From NCBI GenBank assembly GCA_030390025.1, contig CM059437.1, positions 94,364,001 through 94,428,000 of the forward strand: DNA of 64,000 nucleotides. Reading direction: 5' to 3'. Both the position numbers and the translations under genes were made by a program. Each line of letters starts with the position of its first letter. Position 1 is the first letter of the stretch. The notes below the pieces were generated by a model. That model was not told the origin of the DNA and did not search any database. It saw nothing but the letters and a program-made list of their open reading frames with translations. Shown one piece after another: positions 48,134 to 60,633 of this stretch. Source of the DNA: Squalus acanthias. Taxonomy: Eukaryota.

Positions 48134-51100
48134 ATTGTCTATGTCCGTCTGTAAATCCTTGACTATTTTATCTGACTTTATTGCCCACCACAAGTTTAGT
48201 ATCTGAATTCATGCCATTTATGTAGATCAGAAGCAGCACCAATCAGCTCTTATAGCAGCCTTTCATGTGGAACTTTATCAAGGTTGGTTATTGTGTATAC
48301 AAACTTCAAACTGCTCGCTAAAGCCCCAAAATACAGTGCATTCCTGATGCAGGTTGACTACTGGGAGGTGGACAACAGCACTGTTGGGAAACGGAGGTAG
48401 ATATCTCTGTTTCAAGGGGCTGTAGTGTTATCTGACTGGTTTATTCCCACACCCAACGTGACAATATGTCGGTTCTGCCAACAGGTTTTCATTGATAGTG
48501 TTCACCTACCTTATCTGTGGCTCTTCTGAGAGGATTGCCATCAACAATTGCCCACCCCACCATGAAGCAACGGAAGACCTAAAATGGCTCTTAAAAGGGT
48601 TCAAAAAGGGATGTGGAGCCTCACCGTGCAGTTCCCAACCCCATGGAAGACAAGCAAAGGAGGAGGGGCGGAAATGAAGGAGGAGGGGAGAAATTGGAGA
48701 GAGTCAGAGAGGGAGGAGAGAGAGAAAGAATAAAAAAGAATGAGAAAGAAAGAGAGTGGCAGAGGAGAAAAGGAGGTAGAAGTGATGTGATCCAAAGACT
48801 CCAAAAAATGGAAAATAAATTGGTAATTGGATGTGGTGTTCATCATGATTCTGCCTGACTCAAAGGCTTTCACTCATATGCCCACTTACCCGTTGTGACT
48901 CATGGATCCAGCCATTGCTCCAATTGGTTGAACACCCCTACTATAACCGACCCGAGTACGCTTGATAAATGGAGAATGTTCTATCCTTAATTTTAGTGAG
49001 CAGAACAAGCCACACTGAATCCTTCATGTGCAAACGGCAGCATGAAGGATTCCAGCTTTTATATGATGCCAATATATACCACCGTCACTGCAATCACATA
49101 TTTCAGCCATCTGATACTTTGGGGAGGTGAGAGAGATAGAGAATAAAGTTAAGTTACAAACTGTCAAGACTAATATATTGTTGCTGAATTTGGAGTGCGG
49201 TACACTAAAACACAATATATGCAAAAAGAACTAGGTGCCAATATTAACTCTTGAACTGCAAGCAGATGCAGTAAAATTTCTCTCTCTCCAGCCAGACGGT
49301 TTTGTATGCTTTGGGATGTTGAAAGTAGTATTAATAGAGTAATGAAGTTGCAATTTCAGGAGTTAAAATACAATTAAAATAATAATCACTTAACTGCTCT
49401 CCCCTCCACTCGTGTTCTCTCATTATCTCGTGCTTTTTAAAAATAACATTTTAGGTTTTTTTCCTAACTATTTTTCTATATAACCTTTTCACAAAAAAAA
49501 ATCTTCATACATTTTTCAGTTACCCTCTTCTTCCTGGATCTCTATACTGGAGGCAGGAAGCAACTATCAAAAAGCTAGCTTTTCAATAGCACAACACCAG
49601 TTTTAATGGGTGCATTTCAGCCAATCAAATGCACAGAATGTAAACTTTGAAATGATGCGACAGTCAATTTTTGACACCTAAAAGTACATTAAATATGGAA
49701 GCAGCTTCCGTACACTTGTCAACATCTCCTGTGGGAACTTCAGATGCGGGACGGTAACCGTTAATTAAAGTCCTCCGCAGATCGCAGCAAAAGGAATAAA
49801 TCATGCACCATTGTGTACTTTTCCTGAGCAAAGCAGGAATGTTGCTTTGAAATCATATGAAATACCATCAAACTATACGCCAAGGCCAATAACAAACGGA
49901 GTCTGCTGTTAACTGATTTCTGGTACTTTCTAAATCCAATCTGTGTAGAACAAAAGGCGCACTATCTTATTATGCAGTTTCCTTTGCAATTACTACAGTA
50001 ACTTTAAACTATCTGTAACACACATCCTTGTAAAGATGCTTGTGTGTCTCGAATTGAAAGTGTTAAATTACTTGTTTTGCTAGCCTCCACATTTGGGAGT
50101 CTACCAACAGCACTTCAGACAAGCAAGGTCAGATCCTTGGTTCAAGCTGCATGCTCAATCAGCCAAGAGGACTGCAGTCCAGGTCACATATGGAAATCAC
50201 TAAAGCTATTTCACTTGCCAGAGGTTATTAATAAATCTCCAGCTATTTCCTTAAGTAAATAATAGGATCCCATCTTTCAAACAAGGAAAGTCTGTATCTG
50301 TTATGGTACCAATTTTATCCTTCCTTTTTTCCCCTGCAAAGAGGAAATACAAATCTCTGGTGACAACAATTGCAAACTGTGAATTATAAACATCCATGTG
50401 TCTTGGTTAAGGGCCTCTTACAATTTTCCTGACAGCTGCTAGTGCCTCATGGTTTATTTAGCGGCCGCTGTAGAAGTTTTCTCAGGAACTCAGCCGTTGT
50501 GGTAGCACCAGCCAGCTGCTGCTTCGTGATAAAGTTAAATGTTCTGAATCAAATACACGGCTTAAAACGTCACAATATAACAAAATAATTTGTAGAGTAT
50601 TAAACAATAACGCATTCCCTATTTTCTCTCTCATGGAATTAAGTGTAAAATGTGCTTGGAGTGTAAAATGGAAATGGCAATCCGTGAAGATCTTTTCTTA
50701 TGACAATTTAAATTTATAGCCAAGCTTCAGTTTTGGATTTTAAAAAGACGTTGGAGCATTGGTGTGAACATTTGCTGAGCTAAGATGGAACAACGTTTTT
50801 TTTTACTAGTGCTATACAATGTTCTTGACACATTAGATTAGTATGGAGCATCAGCACACATTGGGGGATCCCAGCCAACCTGTACTCACTCCCAACTGCC
50901 AAAATGTTTTGTTTTATAAAGTCTACAACTCATAAGGTGCCTTAAAGTATCTCATGGTGGAACAAGGCATGGCCCTTCTTTATATAAAGGGGCAATCCCA
51001 GTCGGCCCTCAGTGAAGCTCTTGCGTGCCCTTCTTGCTCGACTATGCACTTTCCTTTCTTCAGGTGACTTGCACTTCACTGTTGACATCATTTTGGGAAG

Positions 51101-51184
51101 AAAGAAAAGAAAGGGAAGAGAAAAACCAGCAAAGGTCAGAAAGAAAGGAAGGAAAGCCAGCAATAATAAAAAATACTGAACATG

Positions 51185-51535
51185 GGAAGAGGGTCCCGGC
51201 TTCGATCCCTGTCCATGCAGAGTTAGCTAATCCCAAGCGGGGTGGCGATAGGGGTGTTTGCACCCATTAATTAGAGAGGGGAAAACTGACTCGGCTTCCC
51301 GATTGCTATCCAGTGATCGCTTATGCAATTGCACACGTGTGTACATCAAGTGAGTATAGATCAGGCTTGGCGGAGGTGCCCCTATGGTCACATAGCCTGC
51401 CAATACTCACTGTCTGGGGTCAGACATGAAGAAGGATGAGGTATTGGATGTGCCCTATGGAACCATACTCCAGCAAGGAGTCTACGGCTCCAAAGTGAGC
51501 AGGCGATGAGGAGATAAAACTGGGAGAAAAAGGAA
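51185..51535 (+). mobile_element. AmnSINE2-like SINE
   Basis: B-box-like GGCTTCGATCCC, then GAGTTAGCTAATC...GATTGCTATCCAGTGA...ATAGCCTGCCAATACTCACTGTCTGGG...CATGAAGAA. Confidence 0.65.
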
Positions 51536-53589
51536 AAAAAATATGAAGGAGAAACAATCAATTTCCTGGTGGTAATGCCCAACCAAATATTATAACTTGC
51601 AAATGTAGAGAAGTCTGCTATGCATAAACTAGCTTGTGTCAAGTAGATACATGACAGCACAAAATACCAGCAAAAGGATAGCAACTCAGATACTGGGGAG
51701 CTCTGGAAAGTTTGTTTCAGTTCCAGCCCATGGAAAGAGGATGAAAGATCTTCTAGCACGGATGGCCGTACTGGACCAAATCTGATTTGGTTCCCATCTA
51801 GCAACCTAATCATCCGTGGTATCCACAAAATTAGGTTGCCTTGAGCCCAATCTCTGAGAAGCCTCTCAGCTGAATTTGTACAGGACTCTATGTCCAGCCA
51901 AAAAAAAAGGCAAGGGTTTCCCTGAACCTTTGCCCTGTCAATTGGAAATGAAGAGTGCATGCACTCGGTCCTGGAGCAAACTGTCTCCAAAAACTTATCC
52001 TAAAACATACGTGTATTTATTGAACAGAGTCCCTAAAACACATTTCAACACTTAGCAAATTTGACAAAACCGGTGTTTTTGCTCGTTGCACATCAGCAGG
52101 ACACTATTGATAAAGCAATATTCAGGGTGTAACGTTGTGATCTCATCTTTCTTCACAACGCCTATGACATACTTTACACAGCATATGTTTTGCAAGCCAT
52201 AATTACAGGGGAATTTTAGCTTTCATGAAAGCTGCCATGTACACTTTGTTCTCAAAGGGCAACACGTCTATATTCCACTTCTCAGCACAGTTAAAATTGT
52301 TAGGTCAGAAATTTCAACATATGTCCTCCCTTTTTCTGAATCACAGAAATCAGCAGTTGGCAAGCCAATAAAGGGGCAACCGCAAATCAGCTAAGATTAT
52401 CTGACTTCCTTACAGAAAGCCAGAAATTGTTTATAGCAATATTCAGGCAAATGGCAAAATTGAAGGGGAAAGCTTTGATCTGGAAATATCTATGCAAAAC
52501 CTAAGCTCCTTCCTGTAGGTTACCAATGTAATCTCTAGTCTAATCTTAGAATTTATTACATACACACTTCATTTCCTTGCATACGTTGCTGGAAAACAAA
52601 CTTGAAGAAAAGAACATTTAACTACTGACTGAAAAGGATGTAATTAGAAGAGATCTATATATTCTGATAATGTAGATTACTGGAAAGTACATTTATATAG
52701 GTAATCTGTTTTTGTACATGCTCAATATTTCACTATGTAACTTATAAAGACAACATTTTATCATGTTGCTCTAAATATAAATACTATTGTAACTTTCTTC
52801 AAATAATAAATAGAAATAGTTGAAAGTGGACATTTATTACATAGTGTTACAGCAGGTTTCATTAAAATATTAATACAATGTAAAAGACTTCATAATAAGT
52901 CTACGGTAGAGTGTAAGCAATGTTAATTAGATTACACTTTTGACAGTAGTATTTGTAGGTCCATAACTAATATATTAGAATCCACGCTTTAAGTTAAAAC
53001 ATTTGCAGGTCGTTGTATTATTGCCTTAGTATTTCAGCTTCATGAAAAAAGCTGGTGATAATACTATTATATTTAAGAGGTAATATCTATGTTGAGAAGA
53101 GTGTTTTAGGTGTGCGATAAATGCTGTCGCTGCTGGGCCATTATGCAGTGAGTGCCATAAAAGCCTGCCACACTAATGAAACATCTTGAAAATTTATGTC
53201 TGCAGTTGTATGGTTTCCCACTTCCATGTTTACTGTTTCATTTCTGCACAGCAGGCTTTAAGAGCAGCCTGACTGCCATAGTCTACATTTTACATAGAAT
53301 ATTAGGCTTTTTTAATAGAATCAACTGTGCCAATGGGAGAATAAGTTTTATGTAATGCCCAACAGTTAATTTGAAAAATTATTTTAATTTTTGTATAAAG
53401 TCACAGAGCTAAAAGTAGTTTATATTAGCAAACCATTTTTGGGCCAGAGACAGTCTTGGGGATTATATATGTTTCTGAGGAGGTTGGAGACTGGGTTAGA
53501 GAAGTGCTGGGAAATTAACTGTGGGCATTCAGGGGACAAGAAAGAACTTGCATTTATATAGTGTCTTTTCACAGAGTATTCATGTGTGC

Positions 53590-55528
53590 TGTAGCCTAGT
53601 GATTATGGTACTGGACTAACAATCCAGAGGCTGAGAGTTTAAATCTCACCATGGCCTGATAGATATGATTCTGTGAATATGATTATATGAGTCAACATCA
53701 CAGACTCCTCCATCACCATCCCTGGATGTGTCCTGTGCCACTTGATAGACCCAGCAGTGGTATTCAGGGCTTGGCCCTGGGGGTCCTCAACATCAATTCT
53801 ACATATTGCTGCATGGCTTCAGGTCAAACAAGTTCAAAGAAACATCCTGCTGATCACCGCCTACTGCCCCTCTCAGTTATCCTTCATGTTGAGCATCACT
53901 TAGAGGAACAATTGAGGGAAGCAAGGGGATAGAGTGTCCTCTAGGGACATCAAAGTGTGGCTCAGTAGAATCACGACTGACCAAGCTGCTAAGTCCTGAA
54001 TGACACAGCTGCCAGACTGAGCCTGCATCAGGGAACCAACATGAAGAGGTAACCTATTTTACCTTCACCTCACCAACCTATCTGTTGCAGACCTGTATCT
54101 CCACAATAGCAGTGGTTGGAGTAAACCACCGCACGGTCCTTATGAAGACAAAGTCTTGCCTCCACAGTGAGGACATCCTAATGTGGCACTACCACCATGT
54201 TAAGTGGGACAGACTAAGGACAGACCTAGCAGTCCAAACTGGGCATCCATGAGGCAATGTGGGTCACCACAAATCAGTAGTCTCGTGGCCCGACATATTT
54301 CTCACTCTGTGATTACCATCAAACTGGGGGACCAACCCTGGTTCTATAAGGATTGTAGAAGGGCCAGCCAGGAACAGCACCAGGCATTTCTCAGAATAAG
54401 ATACCTCCTCCAGTCCTATAACACTCCGAGATCTCTACGTTCCTCAAATTCTGGTCTCTTGCGCATCTCCGATTTTAATTGCTTCACCACTGGCGGCCGT
54501 GCCTTCAGCTGCCTAGGCCCTAAGCTCTGGAATTCCCTCACTAAACCTCTCCGCCTCTCTACCTATCTTTCCTCCTTAAAACCTATCTCTGTTCTAAAAT
54601 CTGATTTGGCTCGGTGTCAAATTTTGTTTGATACCACTCCTGCAAAGTGCCTCAAGACATTTTACTACGTCAAAGGCGCTATATAAATGCAGGGTTTTTT
54701 GTTATTGTTGTACCAACCTAGTGAAGCTACTACACAGGATTACTTGCATGCTAAATACCAAAAGCAGCAAGCTATAGACAGAAATAAGTGGGCCCACAAC
54801 CAACAGATCAAAGCTCTGTAGTCCTACCATATTCAGTCGAGAATGGTGATGGACAACCAGGCAACTAACAGGAGGAGGCTCTGTAAATATCCCCATCCTC
54901 AAGCATTGTGAGCCCAGCATGCGCGTGCAAGAGAGAAGGCTGAAGTGTTTGCAATTGCCTGCAGCCAAAAGTGCTGAGTGGATGATCCTACTTAGGTTTC
55001 TCCCAAGGTCCATAAGATCACAGATGACAGTAAGGAGCGACTGAGTGCAATGCACACAGCAAAGACTATGGGCCTTGACAACATTCCAGCTGTAATGCTG
55101 AAGACCTGTGCACCAGAGCTAGCTGCCCCACAAGCCAAACAGTTTTAGTACACCTATGACGATGTCATCTAACCAACAATGTGGAAGATTGTTCATGTAT
55201 GTTCTATTCACAAAAAAAAAGGATAAATCTAACCTGGCCAATTACTGCACCATCAGCATCTTCCCAATCATCAGCAGATGGAAGGAGTCATCAATAGCGC
55301 CATTAAGCAACGCATACTCACCAATAACCTGTTCACCAATGCTCAGTTTGGGTATCCTCCAGCACCACTCAGCTCTCGAACTCATCACAGCCTTGATCCA
55401 GCCAAGGACAAGAACTGAATGCCAAAGGAGGGGCAAGAGTAGCTGCCTTTGATTTTCAACCCAGTAAGGCATCAAGGAAAATTAGGTCAATGAGGGTCAA
55501 AGGTAAAACTCTCCATGGCTGGAGTCAT
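53590..55528 (+). mobile_element. Decayed CR1/Jockey-group LINE (endonuclease to RT N-terminus) preceded by a tRNA-like head, with a nested L2 insertion
   Basis: Remnant peptides LALGVLNI, ILHVEHHLEEQLREAR, ITIKLGDQPWF and KKDKSNLANYCTISIFPIIS. The head is GTAGCCTAGTGATTATGGTACTGGACTAACAATCCAGAGG...GAGTTTAAATCTCACC. Confidence 0.8.
54400..54708 (+). mobile_element. L2 LINE 3' end nested inside the older LINE
   Basis: YNTPRSLRSSNSGLL...GGRAFSCLGPKLWNSL, with the tail AAAGGCGCTATATAAATGCA. Confidence 0.88.
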
Positions 55529-55584
55529 AGCGCTGTGGGAACTTTTAAAGTCCACATGAACAGGCAGACAGGGGCTTGGTTTAA

Positions 55585-56032
55585 TAAAGAAAAAAGACTT
55601 GCATTTATATAGCGCCTTTCACGACCTCAGGACGTCCCAAAGCACTTTAAAGCCAATTAAGTACTTTTGAAGTGTAGTCATTGTTGTAATGTAGGGAACG
55701 CGGCACATACAAACAGCAATGTGATAATGACCAGATCATCTGTTTTAGTGATGTTGAGTGAGATAAATATTGGCCCCAGGACACCAGGGATAACTTTCCT
55801 GCTCTTCTTCAATATAGTGCCATGGGGTCTGTTACGTCCACCTGAGAGAGCAGATGGGGCCTCGGTTTAACGTCTCATCTGAAAGGCGGCACCTCCGACA
55901 GTACAGAACTCCCTCAGCATTGCACTGGAGTGTCAGCCTAGATTTTTGTGTTCAAGTCTCTGGAGTGGGACTTGAACCCACAACCTTCTGATTCAGAGGC
56001 GAGAGTGCTGCCCACTGAGCCACGGCTGACAC
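55585..56032 (-). mobile_element. DeuSINE (SacSINE1-like), near full length
   Basis: Same head, Deu domain and tail structure as 44952-45402, with an intact B box GGTTCAAGTCCC. An older Deu fragment abuts it at about 55530-55585. Confidence 0.92.
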
Positions 56033-56449
56033 TTGTTAGATGAGTAGTAAAGTAGTCCAAGCCCAAACAATAGTTATGACCATGGAAATATTCATGGCAT
56101 CATGCTGCTCGTATGGCACAGCTGCTACGTACATCACATGTATGTTTATAAACATTATAATTTGAATGGTAAATCTGTAATTCAGCACATCAGTAAAAGA
56201 TATTTCTCCCACTGTATACATTTCACATAATTTATGCCTTACCAACACTTACCTTGAATCTTCCTCCTTCAAGTACAAAAACATGGTGGCTTCTGTAACA
56301 GGAGGTGCCATATGTTGCATCGCAATGTAACTTCCACACAGTTCTTACACTGCAATGTAAAAATGGCTTAGACTACATACAAAATCTCAGCATAGTTTGG
56401 CACCTGGTTTATTCACACTGAATGTTCAGCATTCATATTGATCTTTCTG

Positions 56450-59400
56450 CTGCCTGGTAAAGCTCCAAAAAGGATCAACTAAATGAGAAGTACTGTAGCA
56501 GTCCAACAGCCCTTTCTAATTAACACGACCAATAATCAGACGGAATGACTTGGATTTTAATAACTCTTCTGTTATCGCATTTAAGGAAATCAAATGCAAA
56601 TTTTTTGTGCAACCACAACAAAGCGAACACTAAACTGGATATGATTTTGGCAGACAGGATTATGTTCTGCATCCAGGTGGACATTTTTGAACGTTACATT
56701 TTATTAACACACTGCAGAAGAACAGAAGCACTTGTGAAAGGTAAGCTTTCTTTTAAAGGGCCCCTGAGACAGTTTACTTCTGCATTCTAAAAGGCTCCCG
56801 CCAACAGGTATGACCTTCAGAATAACAGCGAAAAGCGTAATGAATAGCTTTTCCTCTTATCAGCTAACAAAACGAAACAACGCATAAAATAATGATATCC
56901 TTTACCCTAATTAAGGAACATCACCTTTCCTGTGAGCAACGAGAGCACTGACCCTCTGCTGAACCAGAGGCATTTTTCCTCTTTGCCTGAATGCCAACTG
57001 CAGCCGAAACTGGATAGCCAAATTAATAAAGCACTAACAATGCGGCAAATTGGTGCCTTTCTACTATCAAACAATGCAAATGAAGGTTTGGAAATAAAAA
57101 TCTCCTGAGTAATTGAGTCCTTGCTCCTGAATCAAGACATTTGATGCTAATTTAGAGTTATGTCTTATCACATTACCCACAAACACAGACCCATACATTG
57201 TCTGCTCACCAGGGAACAAAATAGCTACACACGGTATTATTAATGAAGTCAATGTATTAATTTCCTATTTATGAGAAGATAACCAACTGGCTACCTTGCT
57301 GACAGCACTATTAATGATCTTTAATGCCCCACAGGCAGTAATGGGTCCCAATGGGACCACAGGGAGCTCAGCAATTTGTATTGAGGATTTAGACATAACA
57401 AAAAAAAACTGTGCTCCTGGGAGTAGGCATTTGATCAGCAGTCGCCCCTGTGGAACACAGCAGACAAATAATAAATGACAGCTCAGCGATTAAATCAAAC
57501 CTTCTACCTTAAGTGTTAAAGTGTCTGATTGTCACTAACAATCTAGTGCTTGTTAAAGCCCTTGGGGCCTTGGAACAGATGAAGCCAGCTGAAAGCCAAG
57601 GAGGGAAAAGGAGTGAATAGGAGCCTTGCTGTCTCGACAACCGAACCCAGTGTGCCTCTGAGCCAGCAAGGTGTTTTTTCCTCTTCCCCAGAATAAGAGA
57701 AACTTGCTGGGATGCCAGCTCGGCGTGTAACAACTTTAAGCAAGTTTCCATTCACACAGTCTCCCCCTGAACCCAAGGTGACATGCTTGGGGGGGGGGGG
57801 GGGGGGGGGGGGGGGAGGGGAGGGGAGAGAAAGAGAGGTAAAAAAAATCTATTAGTTTAAATGAATCCATCATGGTATTAGTATGTCTTTATAAGCACAT
57901 AATCAGCACTCACATTATTGCACTTTATGGCAAACAACTGGTGGCAAAACTGAGCAATTACTGCAGTACGCTTTTAAATAGGTGGTGATAACATTAATGT
58001 GCCATTCTATTTGCCTTGATGGCGCTTTATCAGGTACTTCATCGGAGCGCAAAGCTCCAAAGTGAGCCACAGTTCTTCTGGGGTCATCGTGCAAAATCAC
58101 TAACAGGCTTGTTCATTAAAAAACATGATCATCAAAAGAAACATTACCAAGCGCAAAGCACTGATTGCAATTTGTATTTCTCAAGGCCCACATGAATAAG
58201 TTAGAGAGGATGTAGCCACTTCTGTCAGCCCCATTCTTTTTAACAGTCCTCTGAGCCTTGTTTTACCGTGCATTTTCCATTCCTTGCAGACTGCGAGGAA
58301 GAAACATAATTGTGACGATGCTCAGGAGAATACTAGGAGGCCCTGTAAAGTGCACTGCACAAATGAGCATGTCTGCTCACTCATCACATTTAGCATTTGT
58401 GCTGCCACTCTCTGTCAAATTAAACCACAGCCAACAACTCATTTTTCCCCCTTCCAGTTACAAATTAGTCCATTAAGCTGTCTACAGTAAGCCTTTTTCC
58501 TCTTCCTGGTAATGGCCTAAGAGAATTCCTTCATAATCACAAAGGCTCCCAGTACGCCCATGGAAGCAGATGGAGAAACTCTGGGGTAATGGATTGCACT
58601 TTTATGACATAACATACTTCTCTGCCGTTTCATATTCTTCTGGAACAATCAAGATTTAAAAAGAAGGGCATAAAGAAAGGAGTGCGCGCGACAGGCCTGG
58701 GGCTTTGATTTAAGATGCTGTTTAAAATTTATAGCACTATGTCTGGATCTGAGCCACGCCATGCAGATTGGCGTGCTGATCAGAACCACAGCAGGCTTGC
58801 CTAATGAATCCCACACAGTTTTTCACCCCCCATATTTTACCAATAAAATAGTAGTTAAATACCAACCACAGCTGCAGCAGCTCCTGCCATCTGTGCATTT
58901 TTGTCTTTAGCTTTTATGAAATGGTTCTTGGCCGCTTACACCTTTCTTTTCCAGTGCAGATGTGCAATGAATTTTCTGACACTCCTGTGATGAAACTAGG
59001 GACCATGCACACTCTATCAAGCTTTATGGATTAAATGGACTTTGTACGCTGTAAAGTGAACCACTGGGGAGCAACTAGAGCTTCTAAGGCTTTTGCTAAC
59101 ATTAACAGCAGTTAGCGCCATATTTGCTCCCTTCAGTGCATGGCAGTTTCTTTGCCATTAGCAGTAATCACTGCTCCAACTGTCTAATCCACATGTTACT
59201 TCCCTCCCCAGTGCAGAAAGCACGATGCTGACTAACAAGTCCCCATCAAAGTGATAACACACCTGCAGTGTCCAGCTTTCAAGCTCATTTCTCTTGGTAC
59301 AGCACATCTTTCAAACATCAAAGGATTTCAGCTGCGTGAAAAGCACATGTATTCTATTTTAAGTTAATTCAAACCAGCTGAGCAAGTTGTTTGGCAGTCC

Positions 59401-59450
59401 CCAGACATGCTGATTGTTCCTTCCTTCCCACAGCATCTCCACATCACAGA
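56450..59450. promoter_or_regulatory. About 3-kb repeat-free block, candidate cluster of enhancers or conserved noncoding elements
   Basis: No recognisable transposon. It is dense in TAAT, TAATTA and ATTAAT cores, with TGACAG (about 57476), Sox-like AACAAT and TCF-like ATCAAAG/CTTTGAT sites. Confidence 0.4.
57789..57815. repeat. Poly-G run (27 nt) followed by GGGGA repeats
   Basis: Directly visible. Shorter G runs occur at about 10934-10949 and 43578-43591. Confidence 0.9.
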
Positions 59451-60269
59451 AAGGCTTTTTTTAAAAAAAGCCGAACAACAACGTTCTGCGCATAAGATTC
59501 CTATGATGCAGATGACAAGAGCTGCCCTCCGTACAAAACCATGACTTCAGCCTCGTGTTGGCCCAGTCAAGAGCAGCCAAATGCTTAATGTTGTTTACCT
59601 TGCCTTGATTGTAGCAGGAGACCATACACTACAATTTGAGCAATGTCTGGTTTCCATTTACAGTACTGCAAACCTGAAACTAATTACTGCTGGGTCATGT
59701 TTGTTGAATAAAAGCACTTCAGCATTATGTTTATACAGAACTAAGGATATTAACAGCCAGCAATAAAAAAAAACTACTTTTACAATGCACATCTGCAAGC
59801 AATGTGAACTGAAGTCCACACCCTACCATTTAAAGGCCTGCTGCTCTTAGTGGAAACACTTTGAGCAATTCTTACAAGATGGAGCTGCTAATTCCGATCA
59901 ATTCCAACTAGTATCCATTTCAGATGACGGCACATAGTGTAATTTATACTTACTCGATCACACATTCATAAGATAACCACTGTAGTAACAGTTTATTGTG
60001 CCAGTGTTTTGTTCAAATTAAATTAATACACCAGGAAAGGTAAAGATAGGGTTATAACTAGAACAAATTAAAAGACATCACTCTTGAATTTTCCAGTGAG
60101 GTTGTGATGTGCACCTTCATCTGAACTCTCAGTTGAAACCACTCATGTTGAAGAGGCAAATTAAGGCATTTTAAAATGTTTAATGTTGTTTTAGTTATCC
60201 CTGCATTGTGCATCTTTCCTTTTGCCCAGAGGTTGGGCCTCTACCTATAACGCTCGAGCAGTGTTAAAA

Positions 60270-60633
60270 CATTTTGTTCTTGTCTTTAAATCCCTTGTCC
60301 CTCTCTCTCTCTTTCTTTAACTTCCTCCCGCCGTACAACTCCTCCCGAACACTTCATTTCTCTGACTCCATCCTCTTGTTTATTCCCCCACTCCCTTTGC
60401 CCCACCATTGGCCGCCATGCCTTAAATCCGATTCTTTTAAATTCCCTCCCAAATCCTCTGCCTCTCCACCTCCTTCAAGGCCTTTCTTAAAATCCACCTG
60501 TTTGTCCAAGCTGTTGGCCATCCGTCATAATCTCTCGCTTTTACACTTGACGCCCGTTCTTTACCATGCCTCTGTGAAGTGCCTTGGGACATTTATCTAC
60601 ATTAAAGGCACTATAGAAATGTAAGTTGTTATT
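60270..60633 (+). mobile_element. Diverged L2 LINE 3' end
   Basis: LPPYNSSRTLHFSDS remnant, with the tail GTGAAGTGCCTTGGGACATT...ATTAAAGGCACTATAGAAATGTAAGTTGTT. Confidence 0.8.

Noticed and set aside
51388-51990. 200-aa minus-strand ORF
   Set aside because: No recognisable domain, a non-ATG start, and partial overlap with a SINE.
55960-56032. tRNA genes suggested by A and B boxes (also about 45330-45402, 6220-6270 and 53590-53655)
   Set aside because: They are tRNA-derived heads continuous with SINE or LINE bodies, and no complete cloverleaf is supported.
59453-59472. Perfect 20-bp palindrome GGC-T7-A7-GCC (also a small hairpin at about 61011-61031)
   Set aside because: Low complexity and plausible by chance or slippage, with no supporting context.
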